Source: an uncultured Chloroflexia bacterium
GTDB taxonomy: Bacteria; Chloroflexota; Dehalococcoidia; UBA2979
Direction of reading: 5' to 3'
Length of the DNA stretch: 64,000 nt
Assembly (NCBI GenBank): GCA_963728205.1
Contig: CAVSIV010000001.1
Span: 1,056,001 to 1,120,000 of the forward strand
The translations under genes were made by a program, and so were the position numbers. This document shows positions 1 to 8,477 of this stretch, one piece after another. Below the pieces are notes generated by a model, which saw only the letters and a program-made list of their open reading frames with translations, did not search any database and was not told the DNA's origin. Within the stretch, counting starts at the first letter, position 1. Each line of letters opens with the position of its first letter.

Positions 1-780
1 GTCGTCCTCGGCTACGACTCGACCGTCCCCGTCACCGTCGAAGACATGATTCACCACGGCAAGGCCGTCGTGCGCGGCGCCGAGCGTGCGCACGTGGTCG
101 TCGACATGCCCTTCGGCTCGTACCAGACGGGCTGGCAGGACGCGCTGCGCAATGCCGTCCGCATCATGCAGGAGACCGGTTGCAGCGCCGTGAAGCTCGA
201 AGGCGGCCAGCGCTCCGCGGAGACCGTCGCGCGCCTGGTCGAGGCCGGCGTGCCGGTGATGGGCCACATCGGCCTCACCCCGCAGTCGGTCAACGCGCTC
301 GGCGGGTTCAAGGTGCAGGGCCGCACCCCTCGCGAGGCCGTCCACATCATCGAGGACGCCAAGGCTCTCGAGGCCGCCGGCGCCTACAGCATCGTCCTCG
401 AGACCGTGCCGACCGCCCTCGCGCACATGATCAGCCAGCGCATCAGCGTGCCGACGATCGGCATCGGCGCGGGTCCGTTCTGCAGCGGCCAGGTCCAGGT
501 GTGGCACGACATCCTCGGCCTCTTCGACGCCTTCACGCCGAAGCACGCCCGCCGCTTCGCCGAGGTCGGCGACGTCATTCGCGCGGCGCTCACCGGGTAT
601 CGCGAACAGGTGGAGAGCGGCGCCTTCCCCACGAAGAAGGAGTCGTTCTACATGGACGAGCGCGCGCTCGAGCTGATCAAGCGCATGACGGCGTCCGACG
701 CAGACGACATGAGCGACGCCGAGCGCGTGATGGCCGAGCTCGCCGAGGAGGCGCGCCGGCCGGACGCCCCGGGCGCGTAG
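1..780 (+). CDS. panB: 3-methyl-2-oxobutanoate hydroxymethyltransferase (5'-truncated by window)
   Basis: Motifs VVDMPFGSY, AVKLEGG, VMGHIGLTPQS, TIGIGAG; frame open from base 1; followed by panC. Confidence 0.96.
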   Translation, partial: VVLGYDSTVPVTVEDMIHHGKAVVRGAERAHVVVDMPFGSYQTGWQDALRNAVRIMQETGCSAVKLEGGQRSAETVARLVEAGVPVMGHIGLTPQSVNALGGFKVQGRTPREAVHIIEDAKALEAAGAYSIVLETVPTALAHMISQRISVPTIGIGAGPFCSGQVQVWHDILGLFDAFTPKHARRFAEVGDVIRAALTGYREQVESGAFPTKKESFYMDERALELIKRMTASDADDMSDAERVMAELAEEARRPDAPGA

Positions 781-816
781 CGCGCGCCCGGCCGACCCGC
801 GGCCTCGCTCCCGCCG

Positions 817-1656
817 ATGTACGTCGCCCGCACCATCGCGGACCTCCGCGCCGCGCGCGCCGATCTGCCGTCGCCGCTCGGCTTCGTGCCGACGATGGGC
901 TACCTCCACGACGGCCATCGCAGCCTGATCGATGCCGCGCGCCGCGACTGCGCGTCGGTCGCCGTGTCGATTTTCGTGAACCCCACGCAGTTCGGTCCGA
1001 ACGAAGACTTCGCGCGCTACCCGCGCGACGAGCCGGGCGACCTCGCGATGTGCGAGATCGCCGGCGCCGATGTCGTCTTCATGCCCGGCGTCGACGAGAT
1101 GTACCCCGCCGGTGCGAGCACGACCGTGCGCGTCGAGGGCGTGACCGGCGTGCTCGAGGGCGCCCATCGACCAGGCCACTTCGACGGCGTGGCGACAATC
1201 GTGACGAAGCTGTTCCACCTCGTGGAGCCCGACCGCGCGTACTTCGGGCGGAAGGATGCGCAGCAGCTGCTCGTGATCCGCAAGCTCGTCCGCGAGCTCG
1301 ACATGCCGGTCGAGATCGTCGGCTGCCCGATCGTGCGCGAGGCGGACGGCCTCGCGCGGTCATCGCGCAACGTCTACCTCACCGCCGACGAGCGCGCGCA
1401 GGCGCTGTCGCTCTCGCGCGGGCTGCGGATGGCGGAGGCCGCGTTCGCGGACGGGCTGGACGACGCCGACGAGCTGCGTGCAATCGTGCGCCGGGAGATC
1501 GAGCGCGAGCCGCTCGCGCGCATCGACTACGTCTCGCTCGCGGACGCGGCCACGGTCGTCGAGGTGACGGGCAGGGTCGCCGCGTCCGCCCTGCTCTCGG
1601 TCGCGGTCCGGTTCGGGGGCACGCGGCTCATCGACAACACGACGCTCGCGACATAA
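817..1656 (+). CDS. panC: Pantoate-beta-alanine ligase
   Basis: FVPTMGYLHDGH, SIFVNPTQF, RPGHFDGV, YFGRKDAQQ, GLARSSRN, TRLIDN. Confidence 0.97.
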   Translation: MYVARTIADLRAARADLPSPLGFVPTMGYLHDGHRSLIDAARRDCASVAVSIFVNPTQFGPNEDFARYPRDEPGDLAMCEIAGADVVFMPGVDEMYPAGASTTVRVEGVTGVLEGAHRPGHFDGVATIVTKLFHLVEPDRAYFGRKDAQQLLVIRKLVRELDMPVEIVGCPIVREADGLARSSRNVYLTADERAQALSLSRGLRMAEAAFADGLDDADELRAIVRREIEREPLARIDYVSLADAATVVEVTGRVAASALLSVAVRFGGTRLIDNTTLAT

Positions 1657-1756
1657 CGCACCGGTGCAAAGGCACGCGGGTCCCGTCAGACACCACGGAC
1701 CGCGCCTGTTACGATGAGGCCCTGACCCGGTACCTGGAGCATTTCGGAGTAGTGAC

Positions 1757-2512
1757 GTGTCTGGTCACTCGAAGTGGTCGTCGATCAAGCACAAGAAGGC
1801 CGCGACCGACGCGAAGCGCGGTCAGCTCTTCACGAAGCTCGCGCGCGACATCACGATGGCGGCGCGTGGCAACCCGGACGTGGCGACGAACGCGGGGCTG
1901 CGCCTGGCGGTGCAGCGCGCGAAGGACAACAACGTCCCCAACACGAACATCGACCGCGCCATCCAGAAGGCGGCCGGCGGCGGCGATGCCGACAAGCTCG
2001 AGGAGATCGTCTACGAGGGCTATGGCCCGGGCGGCACGGCCGTGATCGTCGAGGTCGTCACCGACAACCGGAACCGCACCGTCGCCGACCTGCGTCTGGC
2101 GTTCTCGCGCACGGGGGGAAACCTCGCCGAGAACGGCACGGTCGCCTGGCAGTTCGACCTGCGCGGCCTGGTCACCGTGGACGCAGCGGGCGCCGACCCG
2201 GACGACATCCAGCTCGCGGCCATCGAGGCGGGCGCGCTGGACGTCGACGTCTCGGACGACGCCAGCGTCGTCGAGGTGATGACGCAGCCCGGCGACATGG
2301 AGGCGGTGCGCCAGGCACTCTCCGACGCGGGGTTCACGATCGAGAAGGCGGAGCTCTCGCGCATTCCCCAGAACACGGTGCCGCTCGACGAGCACGCGGC
2401 CGTGTCCGCGCTCAAGCTGCTCGAGCGGTTGGACGACCTCGACGACGTCTCGCGCGTCTACTCGAACGCGGACTTCCCGGACGAGGTGCTCGAGGCGGCG
2501 GCGTCCGCCTAG
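1757..2512 (+). CDS. yebC: YebC/PmpR family protein
   Basis: N-terminus MSGHSKWSSIKHKK, YEGYGPGG, TDNRNRT; canonical position upstream of ruvC. Confidence 0.95.
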   Translation: MSGHSKWSSIKHKKAATDAKRGQLFTKLARDITMAARGNPDVATNAGLRLAVQRAKDNNVPNTNIDRAIQKAAGGGDADKLEEIVYEGYGPGGTAVIVEVVTDNRNRTVADLRLAFSRTGGNLAENGTVAWQFDLRGLVTVDAAGADPDDIQLAAIEAGALDVDVSDDASVVEVMTQPGDMEAVRQALSDAGFTIEKAELSRIPQNTVPLDEHAAVSALKLLERLDDLDDVSRVYSNADFPDEVLEAAASA

Positions 2513-2548
2513 AATCAGGGCCGGCCGGCGGGGGCGCTGGAGGCCGGA

Positions 2549-3058
2549 ATGACGAACGGACCCCGTCGGGTGCTCGGGATCGATCCCGGGCTGGGAGCCA
2601 CTGGCTTTGGGGTGATCGACGCGGACGGGGCGGACGTGCGCATGGTGGCCTGCGGCGTCCTGCGCACCCGTCCGTCTGAGCCGCGCGCCGTGCGGCTCGC
2701 CCGCATCCACGACACCGTCGCCGACCTCCTGGCCGCGCACCACGCGACCGAGCTCGCCATCGAGCAGCAATTTGTCGCCGAGAACGTGCGCTCCGCGATG
2801 GCGATTGGCGAGGCGCGCGCGGCGGCGATGGTGGCCGCGGCCCGCGCCGGCGTGCCCGTCTACGAGTTCGCGCCGACGGTCGTGAAGGAGTCGGTGGCAG
2901 GCTGGGGCGGCGCGCCGAAGGAGCAGGTGGCGCAGATGGTGATGCTGCAGCTGCACCTCGACGAGCCGCCGCACCCGCTGGACATCTCGGACGCGCTCGC
3001 GATCGCGCTCGCGCGCATCGCGGACGCGCGCCTCGACGACGCGCTGGCTCGCGTCTAA
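2549..3058 (+). CDS. ruvC: Holliday junction resolvase RuvC
   Basis: VLGIDPGL, AIEQQF, IGEARA, KEQV, DISDALAIA. Confidence 0.93.
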   Translation: MTNGPRRVLGIDPGLGATGFGVIDADGADVRMVACGVLRTRPSEPRAVRLARIHDTVADLLAAHHATELAIEQQFVAENVRSAMAIGEARAAAMVAAARAGVPVYEFAPTVVKESVAGWGGAPKEQVAQMVMLQLHLDEPPHPLDISDALAIALARIADARLDDALARV

Positions 3059-3076
3059 CGCCGTGGAGGTCAGCCC

Positions 3077-3707
3077 GTGATCGTCGCGCTCCGCGGCTGC
3101 CTGGCGCACTGGGACGAGCGCGCGTCCACGGTCTGGCTCGACGTCCAGGGCGTGACGTATGAGGTGCTGATCCCCGCGTTCGCCGCCGACTGGGTCTCCG
3201 CGCGCGCCGCGGGCGAGGAGCTGCGGCTCTTCACCTACTACCACGTCTCCGAGCGCAACCCGACCCCCGTCCTGATCGGCTTCCAGCACCAGGTCGAGCG
3301 TGATTTCTTCCGCAAGTTCATCGAGGTGCCGGACGTCGGGCCGACCAAGGCCGTTCGCGCGCTCACGCATCCCGTGCCGGAGATCGCGCGCTGGATCGAG
3401 GCGCAGGACGCGAAGGCGCTGCAGGCGCTGCCCGGCATCGGCGCGCGCCTCTCGCAGACGATCGTCGCCACGCTCAGCGGCAAGCTGCTCCAGGAGGCGC
3501 TGCTGCGGCCGGAGGCCGCGGAGGGCGACGGCCCGGGAGAGGTCGCGCCCGATCTGCGCGAGGACGCCGTCGCGGCGCTCACCTCGCTCCAGTACACCGC
3601 ACGGGAGGCGGATCAGCTCGTGGTCGAGGCGCTGCGTGCGCGCCCCGCGATTCGACTCGCTCGAGGAGCTCCTGCGCGTCGTGCTCGAACAGCAGGCGCC
3701 GGCCTGA
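3077..3707 (+). CDS. ruvA: Holliday junction branch migration protein RuvA (apparent +1 frameshift near 3643-3646)
   Basis: OB-fold start, two HhH motifs (VPDVGPTKA, LPGIGARLS), C-domain DAVAALTSLQY; natural C-terminus FDSLEELLRVVLEQQAPA* lies in the +1 frame ending at TGA 3705-3707. Confidence 0.85.
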
Positions 3708-4540
3708 TGCCGCTCCCGCGGCGCGAGCAGTGGCTGCTGTGGACCGGCGCGCTGCTGGCGGTCGCGTTCGTCCTCGTCTTCGGCGCGCTGGGCGTGGGGC
3801 GCGAGTCGGGACTCTGGACCGCGTCCGTGCTGCACGTCCGCGTCGGCGTCTGGGGCGTCGCGGTCACCATCCTGGCCCTCTTCCTCGCGCTGCAGCTCGC
3901 CCTCCAGGGGCGAGGCTCGCTCCAGCGCGAGCGCCGGCTCGTCCAGACCGCGGCGGCGCTGCGCGAGGCCACCGCGCAGCTCGAGCGCCTCGCGACCACG
4001 GATCCGCTCACGACCATGATGAACCGCCGCGCGTTCTTCGATCGCTACGGCGTCGAGTTCCGACGGTCGATGCGCTACGGCCGTCCGCTCGCCCTGGTGA
4101 TGATCGACCTCGACGACTTCAAGGACGTGAACGACCGCTGGGGGCACCCCTTCGGCGACTTCATGTTGGCCGAGCTCGCGCGGGTCGTCACGTCCAACGT
4201 CCGCGAGTCCGACGTCGTCGCCCGCTATGGCGGCGAGGAGTTCGTCCTGCTGCTCCCGGAGACCACGGTGGAAGCGGCGGCGCTGGTCGCCGAGAAGCTG
4301 CGCGCCGCCGTCGACGCCCACGAGTTCCGGTCGGAGGGCTTGCCCCCGCGCGGCCAGCCGGCCGTGCACGTCTCGGTGTCGGCGGGCGTCAGCGCGCTCC
4401 CCAGCGCCACGCCCGTGGACGGCGACGAGCTCATCAGCCGCGCCGATCGGGCGCTCTACCGCGCGAAGCGCTCGGGCAAGAACCAGGTGGTGATCGACGA
4501 CGGTCGCCCCGCGTCGCTCGCCTCGGGGGACGGCGGCTAG
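3707..4540 (+). CDS. Membrane-anchored diguanylate cyclase (two TM helices + GGDEF)
   Basis: ATG overlaps ruvA stop (TGATG); two hydrophobic segments; TDPLT, IDLDDFKDVND, RESD I-site, GGEEF, RADRALYRAK. Confidence 0.9.
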   Translation: MPLPRREQWLLWTGALLAVAFVLVFGALGVGRESGLWTASVLHVRVGVWGVAVTILALFLALQLALQGRGSLQRERRLVQTAAALREATAQLERLATTDPLTTMMNRRAFFDRYGVEFRRSMRYGRPLALVMIDLDDFKDVNDRWGHPFGDFMLAELARVVTSNVRESDVVARYGGEEFVLLLPETTVEAAALVAEKLRAAVDAHEFRSEGLPPRGQPAVHVSVSAGVSALPSATPVDGDELISRADRALYRAKRSGKNQVVIDDGRPASLASGDGG

Positions 4541-4606
4541 GCGGCCCTCCCACCGGCCGGAGGCCGGTTCCAAACCGGTACACTGGACGGGCAGCAGGGG
4601 TATGCC

Positions 4607-6712
4607 GTGACGACCACCGAACCCGCCGTTCACTCCCGTTCGTTCCAGCTCGTCTCCGACTTCCAGCTCACCGGCGACCAGCCCGGCGCCGTGGAGGCGC
4701 TCGTGCGCGGCCTCGAGCAGGGCGAGCGCGCGCAGACGCTGAAGGGCGCCACCGGCACGGGCAAGACGTTCGCGATGGCGAACGTGATCCAGCGCTACCA
4801 GCGCCCCACGCTCGTCCTCGCGCCGAACCGCACGCTGGCCGCGCAGCTGGTCACCGAGTTCCGCGACTTCTTCCCGAGCAACGCCGTCGAGTACTTCGTC
4901 TCGTACTACGACTACTACCAGCCCGAGGCATACATCCCGCGCACCGACACCTACATCGCCAAGGACTCGGACATCAACGACGAGATCGACAAGATGCGCC
5001 ACGCGGCGACGCGCGCGCTCTTCGAACGTCGCGACGTCGTGATCGTGGCGTCGGTCTCCTGCATCTACGGCCTCGGCGAGCCCGGCGAATATCAGTCGTT
5101 CGTGGCGAACCTCTGGAAGGGGCGGCACGTCAACCGAGGCTCGCTCGTGCGGCAGCTCGTCGCGATGCAGTACGCGCGCAACGACCTCAACCTGATCCGC
5201 GGCACGTTCCGCGTGCGCGGTGACTCGCTGACCGTGATCCCCGCGTACGAGGACCTCGCGCTGCGCATCGACTTCTTCGGCGACGAGATCGAGCGCATCG
5301 TGACGCTCGACCCGCTGACCGGCGAGATCCTCGGCGAGGCCGAGCGCGCCGCGATCTACCCGGCGAAGCACTTCGTCACGTCGGCCGACCGGCTCGAGAC
5401 CGCGATGGCCACGATCCAGGAGGAGCTGGCGGAGCGGCTCGAGTTCCTGCGCTCGCAGGGCAAGCTGCTGGAGGCGCAGCGGCTGGAGGAGCGCACGCGC
5501 TACGACCTCGAGACGATGCGCGAGGTCGGCTACTGCTCCGGCATCGAGAACTACTCGCGGCACCTGGCCGGCCGCGCTCCCGGCTCCACGCCGTGGACGC
5601 TGCTCGACTATTTCCCCGACGACTGGCTGCTCTTCATCGACGAGTCACACATCGCCGTGCCGCAGGTGCGGGGCATGTTCCACGGCGACCGCTCGCGCAA
5701 GACCACGCTCGTGGACTTCGGGTTCCGCTTGCCGTCGGCGCTCGACAACCGGCCGCTGAACTTCGAGGAGTTCGAGCGTCACATCAACCAGGTGGTGTTC
5801 GTGTCGGCGACGCCCGGCCCGTACGAGCTGGACGTCTCGTCGCAGATTGTGGACCAGGTCATCCGCCCGACCGGCATCCTCGACCCGGAGGTCGAGGTGC
5901 GGCCGACCAGGGGCCAGATCGACGATCTGCTGAGCGAGGTGCGCCTGCGCATGGAGCGCAACGAACGCGTGCTCGTCACGACGCTCACCAAGAAGATGTC
6001 CGAGGATCTGAACGACTACCTGCAGGAGATGGGCGTGAAGTCCATGTACCTGCATTCCGAGATCGACACGCTGGAACGCATCGACATCCTGCGTGACCTG
6101 CGCCTGGGCGTGTACGACGTCGTCGTGGGCATCAACCTGCTGCGCGAGGGCCTGGACCTGCCGGAGGTGTCGCTGGTCTGCATCCTCGACGCCGACAAGG
6201 AGGGCTACCTCCGGTCGGGCGGGTCGCTCGTGCAGACGATCGGCCGCGCCGCGCGACACCCGATGGGCCGCGTCGTGATGTACGCCGACGTGATCACCGA
6301 CTCGATGCGCAAGGCGCTCGACGAGACGAACCACCGCCGCGAGGTGCAGGCCGCCTACAACGCGGAGCATGGCATCACGCCGCAGGGCATCGCGAAGACG
6401 ATCCGCGACATCAACGATCGGCTGCGACAGGTCGCCGAGACCGAAGCGGCCTACACGACGCCCTCCGAGCTGCCGCGCGAGGAGATCGCGCGCCTGGCGA
6501 ACGAGCTGGAGCGGCAGATGAAGCAGGCGGCGAAGGAGCTCGACTTCGAGCGTGCGGCGCTGCTGCGCGACCAGGTCGTTGAGCTGAAGTCGCAGCTCAT
6601 CGGCGGCGACGCGCCGGAGTCGCTGCGCAGCTACCTCGAGCCGACGAAGCGCCCGGAGCAGCGCAAGCAGCGCGGCGGGCGCACGCGGCCGGGCTCGGCG
6701 CGCCGGCGTTGA
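4607..6712 (+). CDS. uvrB: Excinuclease ABC subunit B
   Basis: [38 protein letters not shown]-terminal UVR domain. Confidence 0.98.
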   Translation: MTTTEPAVHSRSFQLVSDFQLTGDQPGAVEALVRGLEQGERAQTLKGATGTGKTFAMANVIQRYQRPTLVLAPNRTLAAQLVTEFRDFFPSNAVEYFVSYYDYYQPEAYIPRTDTYIAKDSDINDEIDKMRHAATRALFERRDVVIVASVSCIYGLGEPGEYQSFVANLWKGRHVNRGSLVRQLVAMQYARNDLNLIRGTFRVRGDSLTVIPAYEDLALRIDFFGDEIERIVTLDPLTGEILGEAERAAIYPAKHFVTSADRLETAMATIQEELAERLEFLRSQGKLLEAQRLEERTRYDLETMREVGYCSGIENYSRHLAGRAPGSTPWTLLDYFPDDWLLFIDESHIAVPQVRGMFHGDRSRKTTLVDFGFRLPSALDNRPLNFEEFERHINQVVFVSATPGPYELDVSSQIVDQVIRPTGILDPEVEVRPTRGQIDDLLSEVRLRMERNERVLVTTLTKKMSEDLNDYLQEMGVKSMYLHSEIDTLERIDILRDLRLGVYDVVVGINLLREGLDLPEVSLVCILDADKEGYLRSGGSLVQTIGRAARHPMGRVVMYADVITDSMRKALDETNHRREVQAAYNAEHGITPQGIAKTIRDINDRLRQVAETEAAYTTPSELPREEIARLANELERQMKQAAKELDFERAALLRDQVVELKSQLIGGDAPESLRSYLEPTKRPEQRKQRGGRTRPGSARRR

Positions 6713-6739
6713 TCGCCTGCAACGATTCGCTCTTCAACG

Positions 6740-6772
6740 AAGAACCCCCGGGGCGTCACCCCGGGGGTTCTT
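6740..6772. terminator. Perfect 14-bp hairpin, probably a bidirectional terminator
   Basis: AAGAACCCCCGGGG-cgtca-CCCCGGGGGTTCTT, about 28 nt after the uvrB stop; short T tail on either strand. Confidence 0.7.
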
Positions 6773-7074
6773 GATCGTCTGCTTCTGCGCTCGGCGGGTA
6801 AGGCTCCGGGCAAGCCCGGTACTCTCTGCTCCTCGGGGAGGGGCTGCCGCCCCTGGGTGGCCGGCGTGCATCCAGCCGACCGGTGCGCACCTATCCGATC
6901 AGGTTGCCCCCGGAGAAATTGAGGCCTGCCGTCCGAGTCGCGAGCGACGACGAGCCATCCGGATCATCTTCGTGCTTCAAGGGCGGAATCCTCCCTTCCG
7001 GGTTGCAGTACACCTGTACCGATAGTATCGGCGATCCCCGCAAACGGAGCAGGGGGCGGCTGGTGCGCCGAGCG
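6773..7074. ncRNA. Unidentified highly structured RNA candidate (minus strand favoured)
   Basis: About 10 nested helices; lower GC than flanking genes; minus-strand -10 TACTAT (7022-7027), G(CUUG)C tetraloop and downstream terminator. Confidence 0.45.
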
Positions 7075-7215
7075 AGCCGCCTCAGGTGGAGGCCGTCTCC
7101 CGCGCTATCGCGCATGCAAGCACGCTGCCGCATGTGCCCGCGCGCACAACCCCGGCCACGCCCACGCGCGGCCGTCCGTACCCTGTGTCGACGAGCGCAC
7201 GGCGGAGGAGGTTCT

Positions 7216-8448
7216 GTGGCCATCGAGATCCGGCCGATCACGGCCGACGAGCTGATCCCCTGGCAGCGGCACATCGCGCGAGCCTTTGGGCGCGCGCCGG
7301 ACGACGCGCGCGTCGAGCGCGTTCTCCGGCCGCACATCCACTACGAAGACACGCTCGGCGCCTTCGACGGCGACGAGATCGTCGGGACCGCGCACCACGA
7401 GCCGGCGCCGTTGACGTTGCCCGGCGGGGCAGTGCTGCCGTGCGCCGGCGTGACGCGCGTCAGCGTCGCCAGCACCCACCGCCGCCGCGGCGTCCTCACC
7501 GAGATGATGCGCACGCAGCTGCGGCAGGCGTACGAGAGCGGGAATCCGCTCGCGGCGCTCTGGGCCTCGGAGTCGCCGATCTACGGCCGCTTCGGCTACG
7601 GCCTCGCCTCCATCCACGAGACCTGCTCGGTCGACCGCCGCGACGCCGGGTTCGCGTGGTGGGCGCCCGATGCGCGGGGCGCCGTACGCTTCGTGTCCAC
7701 CGAGGACCGGCACGAGACGCTGCGCCCGCTGTTCGAGGCGTACGCGGCGTCGCGACCGGGCGGGTCGCCCCGGATCGGCTACCGCTGGGATGCCTACTTC
7801 GAGGATGCGGCAGAGGAGCGCGGCGGTGCCTCGCCGCTCAACGCGGTGCTCTACGAGTCGCCGACGGGCGAGGCGGAGGGCTACCTCCTCTACCGGCTGA
7901 AGCCCGACTGGCCCGACAACATCCCTGCGTACGTGCTGACGGCCGACGAGCTCGTCGCGCTCACGCCCACCGCCTATGTCGAGCTCTGGCGGTACCTCCT
8001 GTCCGTGGACCTCGTGGGCACCGTCGAGGTCCACGATCAGCCGGTCGACGCGCCGATCCCGTGGGTGGTGGCCGACTTCCGTCGCCTCAAGCGGCGCCCG
8101 GCCGACGGGCTGTACCTGCGGGTGCTCGACGTGCCACGCGCCCTCGTGGCGCGGAGGTACGGCGCGGCGGATCGCCTGGCGCTCGAGCTCGACGACGCAT
8201 TCTGCCCGTGGGCGGCGGGCCGCTACGTCCTCGACGCCGGCGCGGAGGGCGCCGCGGTCACGCGAACCGAGGCCGAGCCGGACCTGGTGCTCCGCTCCGC
8301 CGCGCTCGGCACGCTGCTGCTCGGCGCGCAGCGGGCGTCAGTGCTGGCGGCCGTCGGCCTCGCCGACGAGCGCACGCCGGGCGCGCTCGCGCGGGCGGAC
8401 GCGCTCTTCCGCGTGACGGCCGCTCCGCACTGCCTCAACCACTTCTAG
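7216..8448 (+). CDS. Eis-family GNAT acetyltransferase with SCP2-like C-terminus
   Basis: SD GGAGGAGG then GTG; VSVASTHRRRGVL, ALWASESPIYGRFGYG, C-terminal PHCLNHF. Confidence 0.9.
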   Translation: MAIEIRPITADELIPWQRHIARAFGRAPDDARVERVLRPHIHYEDTLGAFDGDEIVGTAHHEPAPLTLPGGAVLPCAGVTRVSVASTHRRRGVLTEMMRTQLRQAYESGNPLAALWASESPIYGRFGYGLASIHETCSVDRRDAGFAWWAPDARGAVRFVSTEDRHETLRPLFEAYAASRPGGSPRIGYRWDAYFEDAAEERGGASPLNAVLYESPTGEAEGYLLYRLKPDWPDNIPAYVLTADELVALTPTAYVELWRYLLSVDLVGTVEVHDQPVDAPIPWVVADFRRLKRRPADGLYLRVLDVPRALVARRYGAADRLALELDDAFCPWAAGRYVLDAGAEGAAVTRTEAEPDLVLRSAALGTLLLGAQRASVLAAVGLADERTPGALARADALFRVTAAPHCLNHF

Positions 8449-8477
8449 CGGCACGTCGCCTCGCGTGAGCGCGCCGC

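Noticed and set aside
3077-4540. Apparent RuvA-GGDEF fusion protein
   Set aside because: The RuvA C-terminus and stop lie in the +1 frame and overlap the DGC ATG; one extra C explains the fusion
4540-4610. LexA box upstream of uvrB
   Set aside because: No GAAC-N4-GTTC match found; only a weak GGTT/AACC dyad
1709-5563. Very long antisense or alternative-frame ORFs (also 19155-23699, 26844-30719, 17897-21058, 9994-12762, 53696-56596)
   Set aside because: They are Arg/Ala/Pro-rich shadows of real genes caused by stop-codon scarcity at high GC, and carry no independent motifs
6773-7074. tmRNA, SRP RNA or SAM-I riboswitch as the identity of the structured region
   Set aside because: No tRNA-like ends or Ala-ending tag, no SRP helix-8 motif (CAGG..GGAA..AGCAG), and no complete SAM-I core
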